Of a stretch of DNA of 64,000 bases, positions 12,901-23,760 are shown one piece after another (the stretch's first letter is position 1; every line of letters starts with the position of its first letter). The notes under the pieces were generated by a model. It did not search any database, was not told where the DNA came from, and saw only the letters and a list, made by a program, of their open reading frames with translations. The stretch covers positions 72,602,001 through 72,666,000 of the forward strand of contig NC_090331.1 of the NCBI RefSeq assembly GCF_035084215.1, given 5' to 3'. Both the position numbers and the translations under genes were made by a program. The DNA comes from Heptranchias perlo. Its lineage: Eukaryota.

Positions 12901-13410
12901 GACAAATATCAGGTCATTTCGATATACCACACACAAAGCCTTAATACAAGTGAAAACAGCTGAAGTGTTTTCCCATTTGACATTGACAAACTCAATTGCT
13001 CAGCGAGTTGTCATTAATTTGTCCTCAATCTGGGTCAAATATAAAAATCATAAAAGGTAACTTACATATGGGTATGTGCGACATGACCTGATGTTGTCAT
13101 TGAATCCCATCCAGCGCTGGTAGTCAGGATATTCTCCCCTGCTCAGAACATACTGATATCCCATGTAATTGGGTCTCTCATACACCACCCACCAGTCACT
13201 CTCAACACGGATGGAGTTGCAACGGCTGAAGTAAGAGGACAGGTCAGCATAGTCAGTACTGCACTCGTAGTGCCGACCCTGGAAGTTCCTGTCTTCATAA
13301 AAGATGATCTGTGGAAAGATATAGATTTGCAAGTTAATAAATTCTCAAATTAGAAGATTGAAGAATTATAATACAGAGTATAAAATCTGAGTTCTCCTTG
13401 CCTTTCCCAT
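6976..13410 (-). CDS. Gamma-crystallin (shark gamma-S1-like), gene A, 175 aa
   Basis: Exon 1 13402-13410 (MGK), exon 2 13066-13308 ([11 protein letters not shown]...RTYPY), exon 3 6976-7251 (YRGGNHR...MRDF*). Greek-key motifs present. Intron 1 is GC-AG; intron 2 is GT-AG with TE insertions. AATAAA at 6921-6926. Confidence 0.92.
8577..11681 (-). CDS. CR1 ORF2: APE endonuclease plus reverse transcriptase
   Basis: 1034-aa open frame with NARS, ITETW, GDFN, SDH (APE) and [25 protein letters not shown] (RT). The true start may be further in (MWQG, ~11522). Confidence 0.93.
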   Translation of the reverse strand: MVQAGGIQIPGPLEPVLGEVGPVQIGRSASGQDWNQCPRGSVCQCCWGGFKLMWQGDGNRCRKSVGNKVVTETKGSKGECTEHDRTDGLRKQGKDQGKSRLNCIYFNARSLMGKADELRAWMGTWDWDVIAITETWLREGQDWQLNVPGYRCYRKDRAGGKRGGGVAFLIRENITAVVRGDISEGSPTESIWVELKNKKGEITLIGLYYRPPNSQREIEEQICKEITDSCKKNRVVIVGDFNFPNIDWDSHSIRGLDGEKFVECIQEEFLIQYVDGPTREGAKLDLLLGNKEGQVTEVLVRDHFGTSDHNSISFKIAMEKDRSGPKVKILNWGKANFDGIRQELSEVDWESLLAGKGTSGKWEAFKSVLTRVQGKHIPYKVKGKAGRSREPWMTREIEALVKNKKEAYDMHRQLGSSGSLEEYRDCRSRVKREIRRAKRGYEIALADQAKVNPKSFYKYIKGKRVTRERVGPLKDQQGHLSAEPQEMGEILNEYFTSVFTVEKGMDVRELGEINSDVLRSVHITEREVLEVLTRIKVDKSPGPDEMYPRTLWEVREEIAGPLAEIFESSTATGEVPEDWRVANVVPLFKKGGREKPGNYRPVSLTSVVGKLLEGILRDRIYRHLERQGLIRNSQHGFVRGKSCLTNLIEFFEGVTKKIDEGCAVDVVYMDFSKAFDKVPHGRLLHKVKSHGIQGEVANWIQNWLDDRRQRVVVEGCFSNWMPVSSGVPQGSVLGPLLFVIYINDLDENLGGMVSKFADDTKIGGIVDSEEGYLGLQRDLDKLGQWADEWQMEFNLDKCEVMHFGRSNRARTYSVNGRALGRVIEQRDLGVQIHSSLKVESQVDRVVKKAFSMLGFIGQNIECRSWDVLLKLYRALVRPHLEYCVQFWSPYYRKDIIKLERVQKRFTRMLPGLDGLTYRERLDRLGLYSLESRRLRGDLIEVYKIMRGIDKVDSQNLFPKVGESITRGHRFKVRGERYKRIQRGNFFTQRVVSVWNELPEAVVEAGTILSFKKHLDSYMGKMGIEGYGPSAGNWD
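11525..12472 (-). CDS. CR1 ORF1: Cys-rich zinc finger/leucine zipper plus SGNH esterase-like domain
   Basis: CxxC...CxxC followed by heptad leucines; GDS, HIGTND and DGLH motifs. Confidence 0.9.
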   Translation of the reverse strand: MAGDPSAVSCSSCGMWEFRAPSCIPDSFTCGKCVQLQLLFDRLTALELRMDSLWSIRDAEKVVDSTFSELVTPQIKITEGDSEWVTNRQRKSRKAVQGSPAVISLQNRYTVLDTVGGDDSPGEGGSGQVHGTVAGSAAQEGRKKSGRAIVIGDSIVRGIDRRFCGRNRDSRMVCCLPGARVKDVSERLQDILEGEGEQPVVVVHIGTNDIGKKQDEVLQAEFRELGVKLKSRTSKVVISGLLPVPRVSQSRNDRIAKMNTWLERWCKLEGFKFLGHWNRFWGRWDQYKLDGLHLGRTGTNVLGGVFASAVGEGLN

Positions 13411-13454
13411 TTTGAGCTCACAGTTAGACTGAATGTTTCATTGCTTCACACAGC

Positions 13455-13540
13455 TTGGTATTTATATGCTGGGCAGAAAGGCCTCTCTGGGCTGTATCTT
13501 TGTTATTCTAATGATTCAGGATTGAAACTCAACAAAAATC
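13455..13540 (-). promoter_or_regulatory. Gene A proximal promoter: TATA box and Sox-type site
   Basis: TATAAATA at 13459-13466 and AACAAAG at 13498-13504 (minus strand). The same block precedes genes B (TATA 26239-26246), C (54837-54844) and D (59684-59691). Confidence 0.75.
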
Positions 13541-15188
13541 ATCAAAGCACATGTTGCATTCATTGTAGAAAAACACCTGAAAGATGCCTGATGTGTCATT
13601 TATTCTTTCCCCTTGGCCTTCCTGTCATTTTAATTGTTGTTTGAACAAAGCACTTCTGGGACAATCACAGATACAAAGTCACTCAGGTCTGTTTCAAATA
13701 GTTTGGTGTAACCGCCTGGTTCTGCTCCCAAACTGGCAATGAAGACAGAGATATCCAGAGCATGTCGATTCGGTTATTGCCTTGTGCACATCTGGTTGAT
13801 GTATAATTACGAGTGAGTTTAGTTTCCAGATTGCACCACTGCCCCCTCCCAAAATCCTTCATTCAATGATGTCACGGCCGGCATCAATCTGATGACATTA
13901 TTGCCTTCATGGGCAACCATATTGTGGGTGGTGTTTATTAACACAAATTACAGATCATACATTGTTTATTTAGTTGAAACAGAGTCTTTGATAGAAACTT
14001 ACTGTCTGCTTTTTTGTTTTTCAGTCAGCGACAACTAATAGGAATATTCAAATAAGTAAGAGAACGATGGAAATTTAAGATGTGGAAACCAACGTCAGAG
14101 ATTGAAAGGAGCTTTCAGCTTTCATTGTCCTGAAGGCAAAGTGTTAAAGACCGGAGTGTTCTCCTTAGAGATAACTTGGAAAAAAGGATGTGAGATCATT
14201 GCTCTTTCCCAGATATCACTGTGCTTTTCCATAGATCACTGTACTTTCCCAGAGATCACTGTAATTTCCCAGAGAACACTGTGCTTTTGCATGGAGCATT
14301 TTAATCTCTATGGGATCATTGTACTTTCCCAAAGATCACTGTACTTTCCCAGCGAACACAAAAATGAAGGGTTGGAAAAAGCCAACAGATCCATCAGGGC
14401 TGCCCCACACGCATGATGGCTGGAGCATCACAACTGGACCTTTTCTACCTCCCCAAAGCCATGTTATCTCCTGCTATCTCCATCAATCCACTGTGAGACC
14501 ACAACTTGTCCTTCACAGTGGAGAAGAGCTCAGTGATCCAAACCTTCTCATTATTTTCACTGCCTGCTCTCTCAGGTTTCAGGGCTGGTCTCCCAGGTGA
14601 TGTCGGAGCAGAGTGCACTTCAATCAAATCGACTCTCCATTAAAAGTGTCATTTTACTGACTGCAAGATAGCCAGGATTTCGTTAAAAATTCTTCTTGCA
14701 GTCCATCCAAGAAGTACCCTGGAAATATTATTCCTCCTGAGTTTTGAGTTGTATAAATTCTAGTTTAAAATCTTTAAAATCTGGTGTTAATTGCTATTAA
14801 CTGTTAACTATGATCGACTGTTTCAGTTCAATTTTAAACTTTAAATTTTTAAGTTTGTCAGGCTTAAGAAGAGACAAACAAGCAAGCTCTCCTACTGGAG
14901 AGCTGCTGTCGTTAGTTAATTAGTTCGCTGGATTAAACTGGTTCCTGAAAGAGTAGCAGAGCAGGGCTGACTCGTCTGAGTCACAAACAGTGGAAATAAC
15001 AGGGGCCTGTGAGTGCAACGGCACTGAGTGCAGTGGGGACAGAGTGATAAACTTGAGAGTTTGGGAAGTGTGGGAGTTCGGTGAAGTGGGGGAAGGAGGT
15101 GCTGCTTTGCCTTGCTTTTCCGAGCTTTTTCCGCAGAGCAGCGGCAGACCTGAGCAGCAGCAGACTGAGAACGGGATTAAAGCAGCAG

Positions 15189-16950
15189 CATAAGACCATA
15201 AGAACATAAGAGATAGGAGAAGGAGTAGGCCATTCGGCCCCTCGTGCCTGCTCCGCCATTTAATGAGATCATGGCTGATCTGATTTTTACCTCAACTCCA
15301 CCTTCCTGCACTTTCCCTATATCCTTGACTACCTTGCTGATCAAAACATTGTCCAACTCAGCCTTGATTGTATTCAATGATTCAGCCTCCACAGCTTTTT
15401 GGAGTAACCCCTTATTCTGAGACTATGCCCCCTCGTTTTAGATTCCCCATGAAGGGTAACGTCCTCTCAGCATCGACCCTATCGAGTCCCCTCAGAATCT
15501 TGTATGTGTCAATAAGATCTCCTCTCATTCTTCTAAACTCCAATGAGTATACACCCAAGCTGTTAAATCTTTCCTCATAAGACAACCCTTCCATACCCGG
15601 AATCAACCTAGTGAACCCTCTCTCAACTGCCTCCAATGCAAGGATATCCTTCCTTAAATAAGGGCTCCAGGTGTGGACTCACCAGCACCCTGTACATTTG
15701 TAGCATGACTTCCCTGCTTTTGTACTCCATCCCCCTGGAAATAAAGGCCAGTATTCCGTTTGCCTTCCGGATTACATGCTGCACCTGTATGTTGACTTTT
15801 TGTGTTTCATGTACGAGGACACCCAGATCCCTCTGTACAGCAGCATTTTGTAGTATTTCTCCATTCAAATAATATTTTGCATTTTTATTTTTCCTCCCAA
15901 ATTGGATGACGTTCATTTTCCCATATTATATTCCATCTGCCAAATTTTTGCCCATTCGCTTAACCTGTCAGTATCCATTTGGAGGCACTTTGTGTCCTCA
16001 TCGCAATTTGCTTTTCCACCTATCTTTGTATCATCAGCAAATTTGGCCACAAGACACTCTGTTCCTTCATCCAAGTCATTGATATATATTGTAAATAGTT
16101 GAGGCCCCAGCACTGATCCCTGCGGCACCTCACTAGTTACATATAACCATTTTGAAAATGACCCTTTTATTCCGACTCTTTGTTTTCTGTTAGCTAGCCA
16201 GTCTTCTATCCATGCCAGTAAATTTCCCCCAACACCATGAGCTCCTATCTTGTGCAGTAATCTTTTATGTGGCACCTTATCGAATGCCTTTTGGAAATCC
16301 AAATATACTGCATCCATTGGTTCCCCTTTATCCACCATGCCCGTTACTTCCTCAAAGAACTCTAATAAATTTGTCAGACATGATTTCCCCTTCATAAAAC
16401 CATGTTGACTCTCCTTGATTGTATTTGAGTCTCCAAATGTCCTGCTACTACTTCCTTAATAATGGATTCTGGCATTTTCCCAATGACAGATGTTAGGCTA
16501 ACTGGTCTATAGTTACCTGCTTTCTGTCTCACTCCCTTCTTGAATCGGGGTGTTACATTTGCGGTTTTCCAATCCGCTGGGACCTTTCCAGAATCTAGTG
16601 AATTCTGGAAGATTACAACCAATGCATCTACTATCTCTGTAGCCACTTCCTTTAAGACCCTCGGATGCAAGCCATCAGGTCCAGGGGACTTGTCAGCCTT
16701 TGGACCCATTAGTTTCCCTAGTACTTTTTCTCTCGTGATAGTGATTGTTTTTAGTTCCTCCCCCCACTTTGCCCTTTGATTTTCTGCTATTATGGTGATG
16801 TTATTCGTGTCTTCTTCTGTGAAGACAGATACAAAATATCTGTTCAATTCCTCTGCCATTTCCTTGTTTTCCATTATTATTTCCCCAGTCTCATCCTCTA
16901 ATGGACCAATGTTTACTTGAGCTCCCCTCTTCCTTTTTATATACTTGTCG
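15189..16950 (-). mobile_element. Degraded CR1 LINE ORF2 (RT) with 3' tail
   Basis: Frameshifted ORFs 16392-17060, 15913-16395, 15623-15916 and 15412-15636; (TTCTTATG)n tail at about 15189-15212. Confidence 0.88.
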
Positions 16951-18118
16951 AAGCTTATTTTTTTCAGCAGACCTGCAATCAGAGAAAACTGCAGTGTGAC
17001 GTCACAGGTGAGGCAGGAAAGTGATTGGTAGTGACTGTGGGCTAAGTTTTGAGTTAACATGTAGCATATAACTAAATTTTAAAAACTAAACTTAATTGAA
17101 TTAATCTCAAATTAAACAAGGAAAATAATTTGTTTAACTCTAAATTAATTAAATAAATAAAATAATGGGATAACAAGAGATGAGCTGCTACTGCAATATG
17201 TGGGAGCTTATGGACATTTTTGTCCAGGGTGACTACATCTGCAGTAAGTGTCTGCGGATCGAGGAACTTCGGCCTCGAGTTGAGGAGCTGGAGTTCGAGC
17301 TGTGGATGTTGCGAGACATCAGGGAGGGAGAAAGCTACCTGGACCTTTTGCTCCAGGAGGCAGTCACACCCCTTAGATTAGATACTTTAGAACTGACACG
17401 TGGTCAGGGACAGGAGGGTGTGACTGTGAGTGAGGCAGGTTCGGGGGTCCAGGAGGTCGTATTGCAGGAGCCTCAGTCCCTGTGCTTGTCCAATGGATTT
17501 GAGGTTCTTGCAACCCTTGTGGACAAGCGTGGGACTGCGTGGAGTGCGAGCAAACTGACCACGGCATCATGGTGCACCAAGCCGTTCAAGTGGGGGGGAG
17601 TAAAAAGGAAGGTGGTTGCAGTAGGAGACAGTATAGTTTGGGGGATAGACACTGTTCTCTGCAGCCAGGAGCATGAGTCCCGAAGTCTATGTTGCCAACC
17701 CGGTGCCAGGGTTAAGGTTATCTCCTCCGGGCTGGAGAAGAACTTGGAGTGGGAGGGGGAGGACCCTGTTGTCGTGGTCCACATTGGTACCAATGACATT
17801 GGTTGGACTAAGAAAAAGGTTCTACTGAGAGAGTTTGAGCAGCTAGGGACTAAATTAAAAAGCAGAACTACAAAGGTAATAATCTCTGGATTATTACCTG
17901 AGCCACGAGCAAATTGGCATAGGGTCAATAAGATCAGAGGGATGAATGCGTGGCTCAAAGATTGGTGTGGGAGAAGTGGGTTTCGATTCATGGGGCACTG
18001 GCACCAGTACTGGGGAAAGAGAGAGCTGTTCCGTTGGGATAGACTACACCTGAACCATGCTGGGACCAGAGTTCTATCAAATCAAATAACTGGGGAGGTA
18101 GATAGGGCTTTAAACTAA
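16951..18118 (+). mobile_element. CR1 5' region and ORF1 (zinc finger plus esterase), truncated at the ORF1 end
   Basis: ORF 17180-18118 with CxxC, GDS, HIGTND and DRLH; a duplicate of 20490-21658. Confidence 0.85.
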
Positions 18119-18119
18119 A

Positions 18120-19177
18120 TAAGCGGAGCGGCGGAAAACAGTGAGAGCGGAGCGGGGTTAAAAACAGCGCACAGCGAGAGCGGGAGTTCACCGGAGCGGC
18201 GGGAAACAATGAGAGCGGAGCGGGGATAAAAACAGCGCAGAGCGAGAGCGGGAGTGGAACGATCGCGTTCCAATAAAAATCAACGAGTGACATTACAGGT
18301 GAAGCGGGTTGGTGAGTGGTGAGACCGGAGCTGATTGGTAAGGAGGTTCAGGTGAGTATTTCTCCCATTTTACTGTCAGTAAAGCAATAAGAAAGGGAAG
18401 GTCTGCAGGTTTTATAGCAGGTAGTGTTTTTTTTTAGTGAACCTAGGTCCCTAGTACAGTTAACATTTTCTAATTTCAACGTAATTTAAAAGGGGTAACT
18501 GAGCTAAGGCAAGTAATGGCAGCAGACCTCGCACCCGTGATATGCCCCTCCTGCAAGATGTGGGAAGTCATGGACACTACCAGTGTCCCTGCCGACCATG
18601 TGTGCAGGAAGTGTGTCCACCTGCAGCTACTGACCGATCGTATCTCGGAGCTGGAGCTGCGGGTGGATTCACTCTGGAGCATCCGCGATGCAGAGAAACT
18701 CGTGGATAGCACGTTTAGCGAGTTGGTCACACGGCAGGTAAAGGGAGTACAGGCAGGAAGTGAATGGGTGACCACCAGGCAGAGTAAGAGGTGCAGGCAG
18801 GTAGTGCAGGGGTCCCCTGTGGCCATCCCCTTCTCAAACAGGTATACCGTTTTGGATGCTGTTGGGGGAGATGGCTCACCAGGGGAAGGTGACAGCGGCC
18901 AGGTTCATGGCACCGTGGCTGGCTCTGCTGCACAGGAGGGCAGGAAAAAGAGTGGCAGAGCTATAGTGATAGGGGACTCGATTGTAAGGGGAATAGACAG
19001 GCGTTTCTGCGGACGCAACCGAGACTCCAGGATGGTATGTTGCCTCACTGGTGCAAGGGTCAGGGATGTCTCGGAGCGGCTGCAGGACATTCTGGAGGGG
19101 GAGGGTGAACAGCCAGTTGTCGTGGTGCACACAGGTACCAACAATATAGGTAAAAAACGGGATGAGGTCCTACAAGC
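18120..19177 (+). mobile_element. Second CR1 subfamily: 5' UTR with tandem repeats and partial ORF1
   Basis: GAGAGCGGAGCGGG repeats at 18120-18260. ORF 18516-19214 closely resembles ORF1 at 11525-12472 and is cut at 19177 by an LTR. Confidence 0.85.
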
Positions 19178-20177
19178 TGTAGGGGGTGGTGGTCTGTGTC
19201 AGCTTCACCTCTGACTACTGAGCGGTCCGAATCGCTCCCACTCCCTGGGTTCTAGACCTTGGACTTATTTGGGGGTTGTGACAAAAAATGCAGCAGACAA
19301 CTGGTTTTGGTACAAGAAAAGAAACTGGGTTTATTGAAATCACAAATGAACTTATAACATTCGGATAATACTGAGATACAAAGTACACTTAGTTCAGAAT
19401 GGGGAACACACGGCATAACGAGGGAAAATCACCCTACTAATCCCCTTACCCTTGTCCCACCCCCAAAACCTAACTAAATTGAACTAGGAGAGGTCAGGAA
19501 TCATGCTCACCAAACCAGGGTTCCTTGACAGTTCGAAATCCAGCCAGGTAAGCCGGTTGCAGTTTTGGGGTCCGCTCTTTGTGTCCTCTGGGCCCTGCCG
19601 TCCCCACGTGGCCCTGGTCTGTGGAATCTGCGAAGGTTCTTCAGTTGGATAGAGTCTGTTGGTACGGTAAGGCGCAGTTGTGGGTGGACGATCTTCGTGC
19701 AGGGCTGTGGCTGCCTTCTTGCTGCTTCAAAACTGCTGTTTTAAAGCTGAACTGCTTAGAACCTGCTCCAAAACCAAAAAAAAAAACCCTGCTTCATAAC
19801 TGGTCCCCAGTTATACTGACTTTCGAATTTCTTATCTGATTCCCAAAACAAGGTTAGTTCTTTGTGTTCTTCAGGTGATTGTTGGCTTCCTGCTTTTAGT
19901 AGTTAGTAGCGATAATTTATGCAAGGTTTTGATGGGCTTTAGTTTCATGTAAGCTGAAGTCTTTCTCTGGGTTGATTGTTTTAAAGGGAAGAATGCGTAT
20001 TCTGTCTACTCTCATTGTCTGGTTTTCAGGAACAATCCACTCTGTCGCAACAAGTCCAGGCATGTCTTGCAGGGATCCATGTTTTAAAATTAGCAGTTGA
20101 TACGTCTTCAAATAAAATTCCAAAAGTCATATCCTCGTTGATGATATGAAAAATGTGGGAATTTTGAGAACCCTTCA
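19178..20177 (-). mobile_element. Solo LTR (family 3), distantly related to family-1 LTRs
   Basis: About 1 kb. The minus strand begins TGAAGGGTTCTCAAAATTCCCACAT (family 1: TGAAGGGATTCGCAAAATTTCACAT), ends CCCCCTACA and contains AATAAA. No matching TSD. Confidence 0.7.
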
Positions 20178-23100
20178 CCTGCCACTTCCTTGAAGACCCT
20201 CGGATGCAAGCCATCAGGTCCAGGGGACTTGTCAGCCTTTAGACCTATTAGTTTACCTAGTACTTTTTCTCTAGTGATAGTGATTGTTTTTAGTTCCTCC
20301 CCCCACTTTGCCCCTTGATTTTCTACTATTATTGTGATGTTATTAGTGTCTTCTACTGTGAAGACAGATACCAAATATCTGTTCAATTCCTCTGCCATTT
20401 CATTGTTTTCCATTATTATTTCCCCAGTCTCATCCTCTAATGGACCAATGTTTACATTAGCTACCCTCTTCCTTTTTATATACTTGCTGAAGCTTATTTT
20501 TTTCAGCAGACCTGCAATCAGAGAAATCTGCAGTGTGACGTCACAGGTGAGGCAGGTAAGTGATTGGTAGTGACTGTGGGCTAAGTTCTGAGTTAACATA
20601 TAGCAGATAACTAAATTTTAAAAACTAAACTTAATTTAATTAATCTAATAAATTAAATGAGGTAAATAATTTGTTTAACTCTTAATTAATTAAATAAATA
20701 AAATAATGGGATAACAAGAGATGTGTTCCTGCTGCAATATGTGGGAACTTATGGACATTATTGTCCAGGGTGACTATATCTGCAGTAAGTGTCTGCGGAT
20801 CGAGGAACTTCGGCCTCGAGTTGAGGAGCTGGAGTTCGAGCTGCGGATGTTGCGAGACATCAGGGAGGGAGAAAGCTACCTGGACCTTTTGCTCCAGGAG
20901 GCAGTCACAACCCTTAGATTAGATACTTTAGAACTGACACGTGGTCAGGGACAGGAGTGTGTGAGTGTGAGTGAGGCAGGTTCGGGGGTCCAGGAGGCAT
21001 TATTGCAGGAGACTCAGTCCCTGGGCTTGTCCAATAGATTTGAAGTACTTGCAAACCTTGTGGACAGGTGTGGGACTGCAGGGAGGACGAGCAAACTGAC
21101 CACGGCACCGTGGTACACGAAGCCGTTCAAGTGGGGGGAGTAAAAAGGAAGGTGGTTGCAGTAGGCGACAGTATAGTTTGGGGGATAGACACTGTTCTCT
21201 GCAGCCAGGAGCATGAGTCCCAAAGTCTATGTTGCCAACCCGGTGCCAGGGTTAAGGTTATCTCCTCCGGGCTGGAGAAGAACTTGGAGTGGGAGGGGGA
21301 GGACCTTGTTGTCGTGGTCCATATTGGTGCCAATGACATTGGTAGGACTAAGAAAATGGTTCTACTGAGAGAGTTTGAGCAGCTAGGGACTAAATTAAAA
21401 AGCAGAACTACAAAGGTAATAATCTCTGGATTATTACCTGAGCCACGAGCAAATTGGCATAAGGTCAATAAGATCAGAGGGATGAATGCGTGGCTCAAAG
21501 ATTGGTGTGGGAGAAGTGGGTTTCGATTCATGGGGCACTGGCACCAGTACTGGGGAAAGAGAGAGCTGTTCCGTTGGGACAGACTACACCTGAACTGTGC
21601 TGGGACCAGAGTTCTATCAAATCAAATAACTAGGGAGGTAGATAGGGCTTTAAACTAAAGAAGTGGGGGGGAAGGGTCCCGCTGGAGAGAAATCGAGCAT
21701 GTTAAAGAGTAAAGACAAGGAGGCAGTGCAGGAACGTGATTGGGGTAAGGATAACCAGGTTGTGTCAGGAAGGGACAGACCGTACAAACAAAAGAGTGCA
21801 CTAACAAATAGAGTCCGGGTAAGAAAAAATGGTAATAAGACTAATGGGGCGAGAGTACATAAAAATGTTAAGATGTCTAAAAATGTTAAAAAGACAAATC
21901 TAAAGGCACTGTATCTGAATGCACGAAGCATTCGTAATAATGAAGATGAATTAACAGCACACATAGATGTAAACGGATATGATATAATTGCAATTACAGA
22001 GACTTGGCTGCAGGGTGACCAAGGCTGGAAGCTGAATATCCAAGGGCTTTCGATATTTAGGAAGGACAGGCAAAAAGGAAAAGGAGGTGGGGTGGCATTG
22101 TTAGTAAAGGATGAAATCAGAGCAACAGTGAGAAAGGATAATGGCTCAGAAAATCAAGATGTAGAATCAGTCTGGGTGGAGTTAAGAAGCATCAAGGGGC
22201 TGAAAACACTGGTGGGAGTAGTCTATAGGCCTCCAAACAATAATGGTAATGTCGGGGATGGCATCAAACAGGAAATTAGAGATGCATGTAACAAGGGTAC
22301 TACAGTAATCATGGGTGACTTTAATCTACATACAGACTGGCCAAACCAAATGAATTCCTGGAGTGTGTACGAGATGATTTTTTAGACCAGTACATTGAGG
22401 AGCCAACCAGGGAACAGGCTATCCTAGATTGGGTATTGTGCAATGAGAAGGGATTAATAAATAATCTTGTTGTGCGGGTCCTTTTGGGGAAGAGTGGCCT
22501 TAACATGATAGAAGTCTTCATTAAGATGGAAAGTGAAGTAGTCCAATCCAAAACTAGGATCCTAAATCTAAAGAAAGGAAACTATGAAGGTATGAGGAGT
22601 GAGTTGGCTCTGATAGATCGGGAAGCTTCATTAAAAGGCATGATGGTGGATAGGCAATGGCTCACATTTAAGGAACGAATGCATGAATTGCAACAATTAT
22701 ACATTCCTTCTGGCGCAAAAAACACAAAAGGAAAAGCGGCCCAACCATGGCTAACAAAAGAAATTAAAGATAGTATTAGATCCAATGAGGAGTCATATAA
22801 AGTTGCCAGAAAAAGCAGCAAGCCTGAGGATTGGGAACAGTTTAGAATTCAGCAAATAAGGGACAAGGGATTGATTAAGAGGGGAAAAATAGAGTACGAA
22901 AGTGAACTTGCAATGAACATAAAAGTGGACTGTACAAGCTTCTACAAGTATGTAAAAAGAAAAAGATTAGTGAAGACAAATGTCGGCCCCTTACAGTCAG
23001 AAACGGGAGAATTTATAATGGGGAACAAGGAAATGGCAGAGCAATTAAACAAATACTTTGGTTCTGTCTTCACAGAAGACGACACAAACAACTTACCAGA

Positions 23101-23510
23101 AATGCGAGGGAACCAAAGAACGAGTGAGATGGAGGAATGAAAGGAAATTAGTATCAATAAAAAGATTGTGCTGGGGAAATTAATGGGACTGAAAGTCGAT
23201 AAATCCCCAGGGCCTGATAAACTGCATTCCAGAGCACTAAAAGAGGTAGCCATGCAAATAGTGGATGCAATAGTTGTCATCTTCCTGAATTCTATAGATT
23301 ATGGAACAGTTCCTGCAGATTGGAGGCTGGCAAATGGAACTGCACTATTTCAAAAGGGAGGGAGAGAGAAAACAGGGAACTACAGACCAGTTCGCCTAAC
23401 ATCAGTAGTAAGGAATTTGCTAGAGTCTTTTATAAAGGATGTGTTAACAGGATTTTTAGAAAATATCAGCGGGATTAGACAAAGTCAACATGGATTAATG
23501 AAAGGGAAAG
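20178..23510 (+). mobile_element. Degraded CR1 (ORF1 plus APE/RT part of ORF2, 20490-23510) preceded by an inverted CR1 fragment (20178-20490)
   Basis: ORFs 20721-21143, 21068-21658, 21663-22385, 22436-23140 and 23168-23548 carry CR1 motifs with frameshifts. Confidence 0.88.
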
Positions 23511-23760
23511 CATGTATTGTCAATATCTTGAACAACGTTCATTCCTAAATCTGCATTTACTAAATTGAAATCAATTCATTAGCTGAGATCAAAGAGGTAA
23601 AATACTCGGCATGAGAGCCCAGCCTGAGATTTCCATGCGATTTCTCTGTGATTTTCACCATTAACTAAATATAACTGACAAACTTGTTTGTTAAGTAGAG
23701 GAGATTTTATTAATCTTAAGACTGTTTCAGAGAGACAAAATCATGTTTCTCAAGAACAAT

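Noticed and set aside
13309-13332. N-terminal MQIYIFPQ or MILFILQ extensions on crystallin ORFs
   Set aside because: These are translated intron acceptor sequences; the real start is the 9-nt exon 1 (MGK).
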